A program made the translations under genes and the position numbers. Positions 11,834-21,252 of a stretch of 64,000 nucleotides of DNA are shown here, one piece after another. The stretch is from positions 717,032-781,031 of the forward strand of contig CAXBHL010000001.1 in NCBI GenBank assembly GCA_963975575.1, given 5' to 3'. The DNA is from an uncultured Phycisphaerales bacterium (GTDB lineage: Bacteria; Planctomycetota; Phycisphaerae; Phycisphaerales; UBA1924). How positions within the stretch are numbered: position 1 is the stretch's first letter; every line of letters begins with the position of its first letter. The notes beneath the pieces were generated by a model, which had not been told where the DNA came from, made no database searches, and saw only the letters and a list, made by a program, of their open reading frames with translations.

Positions 11834-11937
11834 CCTGACAACCAAACCGCCCGATCCTCAAGACGGGCCTGCAACCCGGGGATCCCACCCCGTCGGGCAT
11901 CCGGCCCGCCGGGGCCGACGAACACGGAGATTGATCA

Positions 11938-12350
11938 TGAGCGACGCTCACGGCCACGACGCCTGGCACCAGCACAGCACCGCCGAGGGGATGCCCCAGC
12001 ACGAGCACGGGGCGCACGCCAGCGCCAAGGCGCTCGGCCTGACCTTCATCACCATGGTGGTCGGCGTGATCGTGGTGATCCTCATCCTGATCGCCTACTT
12101 CAACTCCTACGTGTCCTCGACCAAGGCCCGCCTGCAGGAAGGCACCGCCATGATGGCCCCGGCCTTCAACGCCAAGGTCGCCGCCCGCTCCCAGCTGGAT
12201 TCGTTCGGCTGGGTGGACCAGTCGGCCGGCACCGTCCGCGTCCCGCTGCCCAACGCCATCGACCGCGTGGTCGATGAGTACCGCTCCACCGGGGCCAGCT
12301 CCCGCACGAACCCGAACCAGGAAACCGCCGAGACCGATGTCCAGGGCTGA
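11938..12350 (+). CDS. Small single-TM membrane protein with a His-rich N-terminus. A possible ActG-like accessory subunit or a copper-handling protein
   Basis: ATG 11938 with GGAG 7 nt upstream. MSDAHGHDAWHQHSTAEGMPQHEHGAH is followed by one TM helix. Its 3' end overlaps the sco start. It sits between the act and cox operons. Confidence 0.6.
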
Positions 12351-13290
12351 CCGCCCCATCCCGTTTTCCTCCGCCCTGCGGGCGATGCTGCTGGCGTGCC
12401 TGACGCTGGGCGCGATCGCCGCGCCCGCCCGCGCCCAGCTGATCCTGGAGCGTGAGCAGGTCCGCGAGCTCGACGGCGTGGACATGGAAGAGCACCTCGG
12501 GGCCCAGATCCCCCTTGACGCGACCTTCACCAACGCCGCCGGCGAGACGGCGCCCCTCTCGTCCTACTTCAACGACGGCAAGCCGGCCATCCTCGTGCTG
12601 GTCTACTACGACTGCCCCGTCGTGTGCGACGTCGTACTCGACAAGCTGGTGGCGTCGCTGGTCAAGCTCGACTACACCCCGGGCGATGAGTACCGCCTGC
12701 TGGTGATCAGCTTCGACGAGACCGAGAACAGCACCCAGGCCCTTGGCCAGAAGCTGCGGTTCACCCGGTCGTTCCCCCGCGCGTCGGACCCGGCCGTTTC
12801 CCGGGCCATCGCCTTCCACACCGGCTCAGAAACCGACATCGCCCGCCTGACCGAGGCGGTCGGCTTCAAGTTCAAGCGCCTGGGCAACGGCGAGTTCTCC
12901 CACGCCGCGGGCCTGACCGTGCTCTCCCCGGAGGGCAAGGTCACCCGCTACATCTACGGCTACGACTACCCGACCGACCAGATCAAGCTGTCCCTGCTCG
13001 ACGCCACCGACGGCAAAATCGCCAAGAGCCTCGGCGAGCGGATCATGCACTACTGCTTCCGCTACGACCCCACCGCGGGGGCCTATTCGCTCGAGGCGAT
13101 GGCCCTCATGCGTCTGGGCGGTGTCCTGACCGTCATCCTCCTGACCGTCCTGATCGCAGCGCTGCTCATCGGCGAGCGTGTGCGTCGGCGAGTCCACTCC
13201 CGTGCCCGATCCGACCACGAAACCCCCGGTGAGGACCGCAGGCCGCAGGCCGAGCGCTTCTCACCCAAGCCCGCGGGGCAGGTGTCCTGA
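12337..13290 (+). CDS. sco: SCO1/SenC family copper chaperone for cytochrome c oxidase
   Basis: CPVVCD (CxxxC) motif in a thioredoxin-like fold. Signal peptide. Lies directly upstream of coxB. The start is chosen at ATG 12337. A C-terminal TM segment is present. Confidence 0.8.
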   Translation: MSRADRPIPFSSALRAMLLACLTLGAIAAPARAQLILEREQVRELDGVDMEEHLGAQIPLDATFTNAAGETAPLSSYFNDGKPAILVLVYYDCPVVCDVVLDKLVASLVKLDYTPGDEYRLLVISFDETENSTQALGQKLRFTRSFPRASDPAVSRAIAFHTGSETDIARLTEAVGFKFKRLGNGEFSHAAGLTVLSPEGKVTRYIYGYDYPTDQIKLSLLDATDGKIAKSLGERIMHYCFRYDPTAGAYSLEAMALMRLGGVLTVILLTVLIAALLIGERVRRRVHSRARSDHETPGEDRRPQAERFSPKPAGQVS

Positions 13291-14456
13291 TGATTCCGTT
13301 TATCGACGAATGGCTCCAGAAGTTCATTTTCAACAGCCGCCCCGGGTCGGACTCCGCCCTGGCGTCGGACGCGTTGTTCATGCTGATCTTCTGGTTCTCC
13401 ACGTTCTTCTTCGTGCTGCTGATGGGGCTGATGGTCTATTGGACCGTCAAGTACCGCCGCCGCCCGGGCGTGCCCGCGCCGGCCAGCCCGCACCACAACA
13501 CCCCGCTGGAGATCCTCTGGACGGTCGTGCCCAGCTCGGCCCTGCTGGTGATCTTCCTGCTGGGTTTCTGGGGCTACATGTCCAAGATGGTCCCGGCTGC
13601 GGGCGCCCTCGAACTCAAGGTGGACGGGTTCAAGTGGGGATGGAACGTCACCTACCCGAGCGGCGTGACGAGCGCCGAGACGATGCCCATCTCGGACGAG
13701 GCCAAGGCCTACCCCGTCTTCTACGTTCCAGAAAACACGCCAGTGTCCCTGCGCATGTCCTCCCGGGACGTCATCCACGCCTTCTGGATCCCGGACTTCC
13801 GGGCCAAGATGGACGTCTATCCCAACCGCTACACCGGCTATACCTTCCACACGCCCAAGCTCGGCGCGAGCGAGACCGTCACGGACACCTCTGGGAGCGC
13901 CGCCGTGGAGATCCCCGGGCGTGACATGATCGTCTACTGCGCCGAGTACTGCGGCGACGACCACTCCCGCATGGCGGCCACGCTCCGCATCGTCCCGCAG
14001 CACATCTACGAGGAAAAACTCCGCTCGTTCGAGTCCACCGGCGACCCGATCAAGGACGGCGAGCGCCTCCACGCGGTCAACTGCTCAAGCTGCCACTCCG
14101 TGGACGGCTCGCCCGGCACCGGACCGACATGGAAGAACCTCTACGGCTACGAGGTCGTCTTCAACGACGGCACCAGCCTGATCCGCGACGAGAACTACAT
14201 CCGCGAGTCGATCCTGGTCCCCAACGCCAAGGTCGTCGCGGGCTACGCCGCCAACATGCCCAGCTTCCAGGGACAGCTCAACCAAGAGCAGCTCGAGTGG
14301 ATTTACGCCTACATGCGGAGCCTCTCCGACCGCGGCGGCAACCCCGCGGGCGAGGCCACCGAGGGCGACGCCGTGACCGACGAGACGGGCGACGCCGAGA
14401 CAGACACGAACACCGCACCGGAGCCGTCCCAGAACCCCGACGGAGGTGAGTCATGA
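13290..14456 (+). CDS. coxB: Cytochrome c oxidase subunit II with a fused C-terminal cytochrome c domain (caa3-type)
   Basis: CuA motif [14 protein letters not shown]-terminal CSSCH heme c motif. Two N-terminal TM helices. The start overlaps the sco stop (TGATG). Confidence 0.9.
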   Translation: MIPFIDEWLQKFIFNSRPGSDSALASDALFMLIFWFSTFFFVLLMGLMVYWTVKYRRRPGVPAPASPHHNTPLEILWTVVPSSALLVIFLLGFWGYMSKMVPAAGALELKVDGFKWGWNVTYPSGVTSAETMPISDEAKAYPVFYVPENTPVSLRMSSRDVIHAFWIPDFRAKMDVYPNRYTGYTFHTPKLGASETVTDTSGSAAVEIPGRDMIVYCAEYCGDDHSRMAATLRIVPQHIYEEKLRSFESTGDPIKDGERLHAVNCSSCHSVDGSPGTGPTWKNLYGYEVVFNDGTSLIRDENYIRESILVPNAKVVAGYAANMPSFQGQLNQEQLEWIYAYMRSLSDRGGNPAGEATEGDAVTDETGDAETDTNTAPEPSQNPDGGES

Positions 14457-16213
14457 GTACCGCTGACACGACAGTTACCCTCCCCCACGGAGGCCACGAG
14501 GGCTCGTACCTCGACGGTCCCCCAAGCATCATGGGCCGGATCTGGCAATGGGCCAGCACCGTCGATCACAAGAAGATCAGCGTGATGTACCTCTTCGCCA
14601 TCCTGTTCATGTTCTTCCTGGGCGGCGTGGCGGCCCTGGCCGTGCGCCTCGAGCTGCTCGACCCCGTCCGCGAGGTGACCAACGCGGCCGGCCAGACCGT
14701 GCAGACCGGCCACATTCTCCAGAGCCTGCTGGGCGCCACCGAGATGTCCGGCAACGAGATCTATAACCGCGCCTTCACCCTGCACGGCGCGATCATGGTC
14801 TTCATGTTCATCGTGCCCTCCGTCCCCGCCTCGCTGGGCAACTTCTTCCTGCCCATCATGCTCGGCGCCAAGGACGTGGCCTTCCCCCGGCTCAACCTGC
14901 TCAGCTGGTACATCTACGTCATCGGCTCGATCTTCGGCATCGCCTCGATCGCCATCGGTGGCGTGGACACCGGCTGGACGTTCTACACGCCGTATTCGCT
15001 GACCACCGACGCCGACCACTGGCGCGTGGTGCTCATGGTCATGGCCGCGTTCGTGCTGGGTTTCTCGTCCATCCTGACCGGCATGAACTTCATCGTCACG
15101 GTGCACAAGCTCCGCGCCCCGGGCATGGGCTGGTTCGACATGCCCCTGTTCATCTGGGCCATCTACGCCACCAGCATCATCCAGGTGCTCGCCACGCCCG
15201 TCATCGGCATCACGCTGCTGCTGCTCATCTTCGAGCGCATCTTCAAGATCGGAATCTTCGACCCCGCCATGGGCGGCGACCCGGTTCTCTACCAGCACTT
15301 CTTCTGGTTCTACTCCCACCCCGTGGTCTACGTGATGATCCTGCCCGCCATGGGCATCATCTCCGAGATGCTCTCGGTCCACACCCGCAAGCACATCTTC
15401 GGCTACCGCGCCATCGCCTTCTCCTCGCTGGGCATCGCCGCGGTGTCCTTCCTCGTGTGGGGCCACCACATGTTCACCGCCATGGGTGAGCTGGCCGCCA
15501 TGCTCTTCTCCGCCCTGACCTTCCTGGTCGCCATCCCGACCGCCATCAAGGTGTTCAACTGGATCGCCACCCTCTACAAGGGCTCGATCGCCATCAACAC
15601 CCCGATGTGCTACACCCTGTCCTTCCTCTTCCTGTTCTCCATCGGCGGGCTGACCGGCCTGCCCCTGGGCGCCCTGGCCACCGACCTGCACCTGCACGAC
15701 TCCTACTTCGTCGTCGCCCACTTCCACTACGTCATGATGGGCGGCACCGTCATCGCCTTCGTCGGCGGCATCCACCACTGGTGGCCCAAGATGTTCGGGC
15801 GCATGTACAACGAGAAGTGGGGCATCATCGGGTGCGCCATCGTCTTCATCGGATTCAACATCACCTTCTTCACCCAGTTCATCCTCGGCACCCGCGGCAT
15901 GCCCCGGCGCTACGCCAGCTACGTCGACGAGTTCCAGACCCTCCACGTCATCTCGACCGTGGGCTCGTGGCTGCTGCTCGTCGGCTTCCTCATCCACTTC
16001 TTCAACTTCGTCTACTCGCTCATCGCCGGCCCCAAGGCCCCCCCGAACCCCTGGGGCGGCCTGACGCTCGAGTGGGAGACCGAGTCACCCCCCATCGAGC
16101 ACAACTTCCACCACGAGCCGATCGTCAAGCACGGCCCGTACGACTTCGACACCGTGGTGCCCCCGCACTGCGACCCGAAGGACTTCCCCCTGGCCGAATC
16201 CCACAAGGCCTGA
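14453..16213 (+). CDS. coxA: Cytochrome c oxidase subunit I
   Basis: 586 aa. Canonical subunit I sequence with His ligands. ATGA overlap with coxB. Confidence 0.95.
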   Translation: MSTADTTVTLPHGGHEGSYLDGPPSIMGRIWQWASTVDHKKISVMYLFAILFMFFLGGVAALAVRLELLDPVREVTNAAGQTVQTGHILQSLLGATEMSGNEIYNRAFTLHGAIMVFMFIVPSVPASLGNFFLPIMLGAKDVAFPRLNLLSWYIYVIGSIFGIASIAIGGVDTGWTFYTPYSLTTDADHWRVVLMVMAAFVLGFSSILTGMNFIVTVHKLRAPGMGWFDMPLFIWAIYATSIIQVLATPVIGITLLLLIFERIFKIGIFDPAMGGDPVLYQHFFWFYSHPVVYVMILPAMGIISEMLSVHTRKHIFGYRAIAFSSLGIAAVSFLVWGHHMFTAMGELAAMLFSALTFLVAIPTAIKVFNWIATLYKGSIAINTPMCYTLSFLFLFSIGGLTGLPLGALATDLHLHDSYFVVAHFHYVMMGGTVIAFVGGIHHWWPKMFGRMYNEKWGIIGCAIVFIGFNITFFTQFILGTRGMPRRYASYVDEFQTLHVISTVGSWLLLVGFLIHFFNFVYSLIAGPKAPPNPWGGLTLEWETESPPIEHNFHHEPIVKHGPYDFDTVVPPHCDPKDFPLAESHKA

Positions 16214-16306
16214 TCGAACCAGCAAGGACCGGCGGGCCGAACACGCCCGCCCGTCCCTTTCCACTGTCCCCAAAGCCGGGAAACGCACCCGGATCCGGAG
16301 TTCGAG

Positions 16307-17011
16307 ATGCAGACCACCCTCGACGCCTACACCACCCCGGCGCCAGAACACATCAAGAACCATCCAAAGCACTGGCGCAACCGCAAGGCCGGGCACCACT
16401 GGCGCACCCACGACGAGGAGTTCGACGCCTCCAAGCTGGGCATGTGGCTCTTCCTGACCACCGAGGTCCTGCTCTTCGCCGGCATCTTCTGCGGCTACGC
16501 CGTCTTCCGCGTGCTCTATCCCGAGGCCTGGGCCAACGGCAGCCACTACCTGGACTGGCGCTTCGGCGGGGCCAACACCATCATCCTGCTGCTGTCCTCG
16601 TGGACGGTCGCCAACGCGGTGCGGTGCGCCCAGCTCAACAACCAGAAGTGGCTCAAGATCAACCTGATCGTCACCCTGGTCTGCGCCGCCGCCTTCCTCT
16701 GGATCAAGCTCCAGTTCGAGTACATCCCCAAGCTCGGCGACGGCAAGGCCCCGGGCACCTTCTTCAGCTACCCCTTCGCCCAGTCCACCCACGAGCAGCT
16801 CTGGTGGTCGCTCTACTACATGGGCACCGGCATCCACGCCCTGCACGTCGTCATCGGCGGCTCGCTCCTCGGGTGGGTGCTCTACCGCTCCTGGCGCTAC
16901 GAGGCCTACGGCCCCACCGAGTACACCATGGTCGAGAACTCCGCCCTGTATTGGCACTTGGTCGACCTCGTCTGGATCTTCCTCTTCCCCCTGCTCTACC
17001 TGATCCACTGA
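16307..17011 (+). CDS. coxC: Cytochrome c oxidase subunit III
   Basis: 234 aa with 5-7 TM helices. Subunit III-like sequence. GGAG lies 8 nt upstream. Confidence 0.9.
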   Translation: MQTTLDAYTTPAPEHIKNHPKHWRNRKAGHHWRTHDEEFDASKLGMWLFLTTEVLLFAGIFCGYAVFRVLYPEAWANGSHYLDWRFGGANTIILLLSSWTVANAVRCAQLNNQKWLKINLIVTLVCAAAFLWIKLQFEYIPKLGDGKAPGTFFSYPFAQSTHEQLWWSLYYMGTGIHALHVVIGGSLLGWVLYRSWRYEAYGPTEYTMVENSALYWHLVDLVWIFLFPLLYLIH

Positions 17012-17078
17012 CATCCCAGAGCCCGACCGCACCGACCCGCACCACGCACGATCCCCTCCGCTTCACGGAGCCGACACG

Positions 17079-17876
17079 ATGAGCCACGCAGCACACAGCC
17101 AACCCGCCGCCAACGAACTCGGCTGGAACCCCGAAGACCCGCACGGCACGAACACCCACGCCCACGGGCACGTGGTGGTCGGCTGGAAGCTCCAGCTCGG
17201 CGTGCTCGCCGCGCTGCTGTTCTTCACCGCGTTGACGGTGGGGTTCTACAACGCCGAGCAGTGGGCGGAGACCGCGTTCGACATCCACCTTCCCAACTGG
17301 GTCAACATCATCGGCGCCATGTCCATCGCCACCATCAAGGCGACGCTGGTCTGCATGTTCTTCATGCAGCTCCGCTACGACAAGGCACTGAACACCTTCA
17401 TCCTGCTCTTCTGCCTCTTCGCCGTCGGCCTGTTCATGTTCTTCTCGATCATCGATCTGTCCACCCGCGGCTGGGTCAACGACTTCAAGTACGGCGAGGT
17501 CAAGGACGGCGGCACCGGCGTCGCGCTGGGCGCCCCCCCGCGGAGCGAGTTCTTCGACGCCCGCGTCTCGCCCCGTGTCGAGACCGCCGGCGACCCCCTG
17601 CCCAAGTTCCGCCGCCTCGAGTACAAGGCTGAGTGGCTCGCCGGGCACCCCGGCAAGACCGACAAGGACTTCTGGGCCTACTACTACGGCCACGTCGCCC
17701 ACCCCGAGCGCCAGCCCGAGGACACCGAGAACTACTTCGCCCAGCTCGGCTTCGATCACCACGCGGACCAGTGGTCGGACGCCAACCGCTCGGTGCTCCG
17801 GCGCGGACGCACCGACGCCCTGGACCTCAACCCCGGCGGCGCCGCGCACGGGGACGACCACGCCGGCGACCACTGA
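17079..17876 (+). CDS. coxD: Cytochrome c oxidase subunit IV (prokaryotic CoxD/CtaF-like) with a hydrophilic His/Asp-rich C-terminal extension of about 165 aa
   Basis: The N-terminal 100 aa have two TM helices and the IKATLVCMFFMQLRYDK region typical of bacterial subunit IV. GGAG lies 10 nt upstream. The long tail is unusual. Confidence 0.65.
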   Translation: MSHAAHSQPAANELGWNPEDPHGTNTHAHGHVVVGWKLQLGVLAALLFFTALTVGFYNAEQWAETAFDIHLPNWVNIIGAMSIATIKATLVCMFFMQLRYDKALNTFILLFCLFAVGLFMFFSIIDLSTRGWVNDFKYGEVKDGGTGVALGAPPRSEFFDARVSPRVETAGDPLPKFRRLEYKAEWLAGHPGKTDKDFWAYYYGHVAHPERQPEDTENYFAQLGFDHHADQWSDANRSVLRRGRTDALDLNPGGAAHGDDHAGDH

Positions 17877-17906
17877 CCAACGCCGGGCACACCCGGCCGG
17901 GACACC

Positions 17907-18767
17907 ATGACCAGCACACCCAAAGCACCGCGACGCCCACGACCCATCCCCCTGGCCGTGGCCGCGGTTTCTCTGTGCGTCCTGAGCGTCTCGGTCTTCC
18001 TGCTCGCCACGCGTGTCCGCGCGTACAACGAGAGCGCGATCCACTCCGTCTTCGCGTTCATCGAGGTTTCCAACCCCGAGTTCACATTCTGGGACCGCCC
18101 GGTCAAGCTCCTCGACGACGCCGACCCCGACGGCAACCCCACCGTCCGGGTGGTCTACGGCGACGACGAGCTGGCCTTGCCCGTGACCGTCCTGACCCGC
18201 CAGAAGATCCCCGGCTTCTTCAACCGCCACGCCGACTGGCTGCGCATGGTCTTCTTCGCCGACCGATCGGGCCTGACCATGGAGGAGTTCGAACAGGCGG
18301 TCGCCGACGAGACCGTGCCCCTCCGCCTGGTCGTCGTCACCCGCACGCCCTTCGGCGCGGATCCGGTCAAGGACGGGCTCTTCGGGCTCGAGCAGGAACG
18401 CAACGAATCCACCGCCGACGTGCGGCGCGACCGCTGGCTCTTCGACTTCTACGAACTCAACCCCGAGGGCGGCTTCACCGTCCACCAGCCGCTGCGCTTC
18501 CCCGAGTCCGGCGCCAGCCTGCTCCGACGCCAGAACCAGGCCAAGCTCGCCGGCGAGCCCATCCCCCAGCGACAGGCCGGCGAGCTGCAGGAACGCACCT
18601 GGCAGTACGGCGCCGCCCTGAAGGTCATGCCCCGGGCCCCGGCCATCACCTTCGAGAACCAGGCCCTCCGCGCCGCGGGATGGACGCTCCCCGTCTCCTC
18701 CGCCTCCGTGCTCGGGCTGGTCTTCGGCATCTTCTTCGCCTTTGCGCCCCAGCGCCGGCGCGACTGA
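17907..18767 (+). CDS. Hypothetical protein with N- and C-terminal TM helices flanking a soluble domain of about 230 aa. Last gene of the cox operon
   Basis: Good coding ORF co-oriented 30 nt after coxD. Topology TM - soluble domain - TM. No recognisable motif. Confidence 0.6.
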   Translation: MTSTPKAPRRPRPIPLAVAAVSLCVLSVSVFLLATRVRAYNESAIHSVFAFIEVSNPEFTFWDRPVKLLDDADPDGNPTVRVVYGDDELALPVTVLTRQKIPGFFNRHADWLRMVFFADRSGLTMEEFEQAVADETVPLRLVVVTRTPFGADPVKDGLFGLEQERNESTADVRRDRWLFDFYELNPEGGFTVHQPLRFPESGASLLRRQNQAKLAGEPIPQRQAGELQERTWQYGAALKVMPRAPAITFENQALRAAGWTLPVSSASVLGLVFGIFFAFAPQRRRD

Positions 18768-18799
18768 GCCGCACGGTCGGACACGTCACCAGCCCAACG

Positions 18800-18827
18800 A
18801 AAAACGCCCGGCAATGCCGGGCGTTTC
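18800..18827. terminator. Bidirectional rho-independent terminator between the convergent cox-operon tail and the ompA-like gene
   Basis: AAAA-CGCCCGGC-aat-GCCGGGCG-TTT hairpin with A and T runs on both sides. Confidence 0.5.
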
Positions 18828-18847
18828 GCGTTCGGTTCATCGAGCGA

Positions 18848-19717
18848 TCACTTCGTCGGATCGATCTGCATGGGGTCCTCGGTCGGCTGTGTCGCGGTCG
18901 GGGCCGACGCGCCGGACGGAGCGCGGAAGGTCGAGGGCACGAGGTAGATCTCCACCCGGCGGTTCTCGGCCGTGCCCGCGTTGGCGTTGTTCGGCACGGC
19001 GGGGCGGTGCTCGCCCCATCCCGCGGCCTGGATCCGTTCCCACGCCACGCCGCGATCGCCGAGCACCTTGCGGACCGAGATGGCCCGGTGCGCCGACAGG
19101 TGCATGTTGGTCGGGTGACGCTGGGCGGTGCCCGAGGAGATCCGCTGGCTGTCGGTGTGACCGACCACCACCACGTCGTAGCCCTGGGCCTCGTTGCTGG
19201 TCAGCACGGTGGCCAGACGGCCGAGCGCGTCCGCGCTGCCGGCCTGGACCTGGTCCGAGCCGGAGGCGAAGGTCAGGTCGCTGGAGAACCGCAGCATGCC
19301 CCGGTCCGCGTCGTAGACGATCAGGTCGGGGAACTGGCGGGCCAGGTTGGCCAGCGCGCGGTCGGTGGTCGGATCCAGGCGTCCCAGCTCGAGCCCGCCC
19401 AGGCGGCTCTCCAGGTCACGCATGGACGCCATGGCCTGATTGAGCTGATCGCGCAGGCGGTCGTTCTCGCCGGTCAGGTTGGCGATCACGCCCGAGGCGT
19501 TGCCCGCCGAGCCGCTCATCGCGGCGTTCTGGGCCTGCGCCGCGTCCAGGCTGGCCTGGGTCCGCTGGAGCTGGTCGGTCAGGCTCCGGTTGGTCTCCCA
19601 GAGCTTGTCGTACTCGCCCTGGCTCACGCAGCCGGTCAGGCCTGCGCACATGGTCACGATCGCGGCCGCCCGGATGCCCCGGGACCGCGTGATGGGGTTG
19701 TTCTTGAACTTCGTCAT
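18848..19717 (-). CDS. OmpA/MotB-family lipoprotein with a coiled-coil linker
   Basis: The start is moved to ATG 19717, with GAGGAG upstream. Lipobox LTGC. Coiled-coil region. C-terminal OmpA-like domain (VVVGHTDS..., NRRVEIYL). The 770-aa ORF in the track is an upstream over-extension. Confidence 0.85.
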   Translation of the reverse strand: MTKFKNNPITRSRGIRAAAIVTMCAGLTGCVSQGEYDKLWETNRSLTDQLQRTQASLDAAQAQNAAMSGSAGNASGVIANLTGENDRLRDQLNQAMASMRDLESRLGGLELGRLDPTTDRALANLARQFPDLIVYDADRGMLRFSSDLTFASGSDQVQAGSADALGRLATVLTSNEAQGYDVVVVGHTDSQRISSGTAQRHPTNMHLSAHRAISVRKVLGDRGVAWERIQAAGWGEHRPAVPNNANAGTAENRRVEIYLVPSTFRAPSGASAPTATQPTEDPMQIDPTK

Positions 19718-19858
19718 CAGGTCCGCTCCTCGCTGGCGTATCCCGGCCTTGGGACACGGCTCAATCCTACGATGCCCGCAACGCCGACGCGACCGCGCCC
19801 GCGACCGAGCCGCCCCAATCGAATCGGCCCGTTTCCGCCGTGGGCATGAAATCACGCG

Positions 19859-21205
19859 ATGATCCCAGCACTCCAGACCGATCGGCCCAGCATCGTTCGT
19901 CTCCATGCCGCCGGCATCGCCGACGCCTCCATGGGTGTGGTTGCCCCCGGGGCGATCCTGCTGGAGACCCACCCGGATCGGGTGGTTGTCCGGGCGGCGG
20001 GCCGACCCGAGGCCCTCGGTGCCCCCGATCTGCCTGCGCCGGACCGCACCGTCGATCTGCCCGACCATCTGCTGATCCCGGCCCTGGTCAACGCCCACAC
20101 GCACCTGGACCTCTCCCACATCGGCCCGGTGGCCCATGATCCCGGCGACGGCTTCGTCGCGTGGGTCGAGCACATCCGCGCGAGCCGCCGCGAAACGCCC
20201 GAGGGCATCGCCGAGGCGGTCCGTCTCGGAGTGGAACTGTCCGCCAAGGGCGGGACGGTTGCGGTGGGGGACATCGCCGGCGCGCCCGGCGGGCGCCTGA
20301 CCGACACTCCCGCCCGCGTGCTGGGCGCGTCGGTTCTGGCCGGCGTTTCCTACCTGGAGTTCTTCGGCATCGGCAAGTCCGCGCCCGGCACCGTCGAGCG
20401 TCTTGAGCGGTTCGCGACCCGCGACCTGCCCGCCCTCTGCGCCCAACTCGCCGGAACGCCCGTGCGGGTCGGGCTCCAGCCGCACGCACCGAACACCGTG
20501 GACTTGGGTGTGTACCGCTGGGCCGCGGCCCTGGCATCGCGCCTCGACCTGCCGCTGTGCACCCACCTCGCCGAAACGATCGAAGAGCACGAGTTCATCA
20601 AACGCGGGACCGGGCCGCAGCGTGCCATGCTCGAGCGGTTCGGTGTCTGGGACGAATCGGTGCTGCACCACGCCGGCCGGGGCCTGCACCCGGTCGCCCA
20701 CCTCTCTCCCGTGCTGCGGGCCCACCGGGTGCTGAGCGCCCACGTCAACGACGCGACCGACGACGCGATCGGGCTGCTCGCGGAAACGGACACGCCGGTC
20801 GTGTATTGCCCACGCGCGTCGGCCTACTTCCGCGCGGACCGGGCCTTCGGCCCGCACCGGTACCGGGACATGCTGGCGGCGGGCGTGCCGGTATGCCTGG
20901 GCACGGACTCGATCGTCAATCTCGACACGCCGGACCGGATCAGCGTGCTCGACGAGATGCGTCTGTTGCACCGGCGCGACCGAACCGATCCACGGACGCT
21001 CCTGGCCATGGCAACGGTCCACGGTGCCGCGGCCCTGGGGCTGAACGGCGCCGCGGTAACCCTGACCCCGGGCCCGCTCGCCGGGCTGCTGGGAATTCCC
21101 ATCGCTCGCGGTGTCGCCCGCGACGATCCGGACGAACTCTGGGCCTCCGCGATGAACCAAACGGCCCCTCCGACCGTGCTGATTCTCAGTCGAGAATCCT
21201 TCTAA
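19859..21205 (+). CDS. Amidohydrolase superfamily protein, metal-dependent deaminase or hydrolase-like
   Basis: NAHTHLD (HxH) metal-binding motif near the N-terminus. 448 aa. Typical TIM-barrel amidohydrolase length. Confidence 0.75.
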   Translation: MIPALQTDRPSIVRLHAAGIADASMGVVAPGAILLETHPDRVVVRAAGRPEALGAPDLPAPDRTVDLPDHLLIPALVNAHTHLDLSHIGPVAHDPGDGFVAWVEHIRASRRETPEGIAEAVRLGVELSAKGGTVAVGDIAGAPGGRLTDTPARVLGASVLAGVSYLEFFGIGKSAPGTVERLERFATRDLPALCAQLAGTPVRVGLQPHAPNTVDLGVYRWAAALASRLDLPLCTHLAETIEEHEFIKRGTGPQRAMLERFGVWDESVLHHAGRGLHPVAHLSPVLRAHRVLSAHVNDATDDAIGLLAETDTPVVYCPRASAYFRADRAFGPHRYRDMLAAGVPVCLGTDSIVNLDTPDRISVLDEMRLLHRRDRTDPRTLLAMATVHGAAALGLNGAAVTLTPGPLAGLLGIPIARGVARDDPDELWASAMNQTAPPTVLILSRESF

Positions 21206-21252
21206 ACTACTGGCTGACGGGTATGATTCCTGTCAAACCGAAGACGGTGCCC

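Noticed and set aside
18848-21160. The 770-aa ORF as a single gene
   Set aside because: Only the C-terminal 289 aa (lipoprotein signal, coiled coil and OmpA domain) form a coherent protein with an RBS-preceded ATG at 19717. The upstream part is antisense to the amidohydrolase gene.
20557-21252. Upstream 230-codon extension of the resB ORF
   Set aside because: It overlaps the amidohydrolase CDS in another frame and is Arg/Pro-rich. A credible Met start with hydrophobic TM segments begins at 21223-21253.
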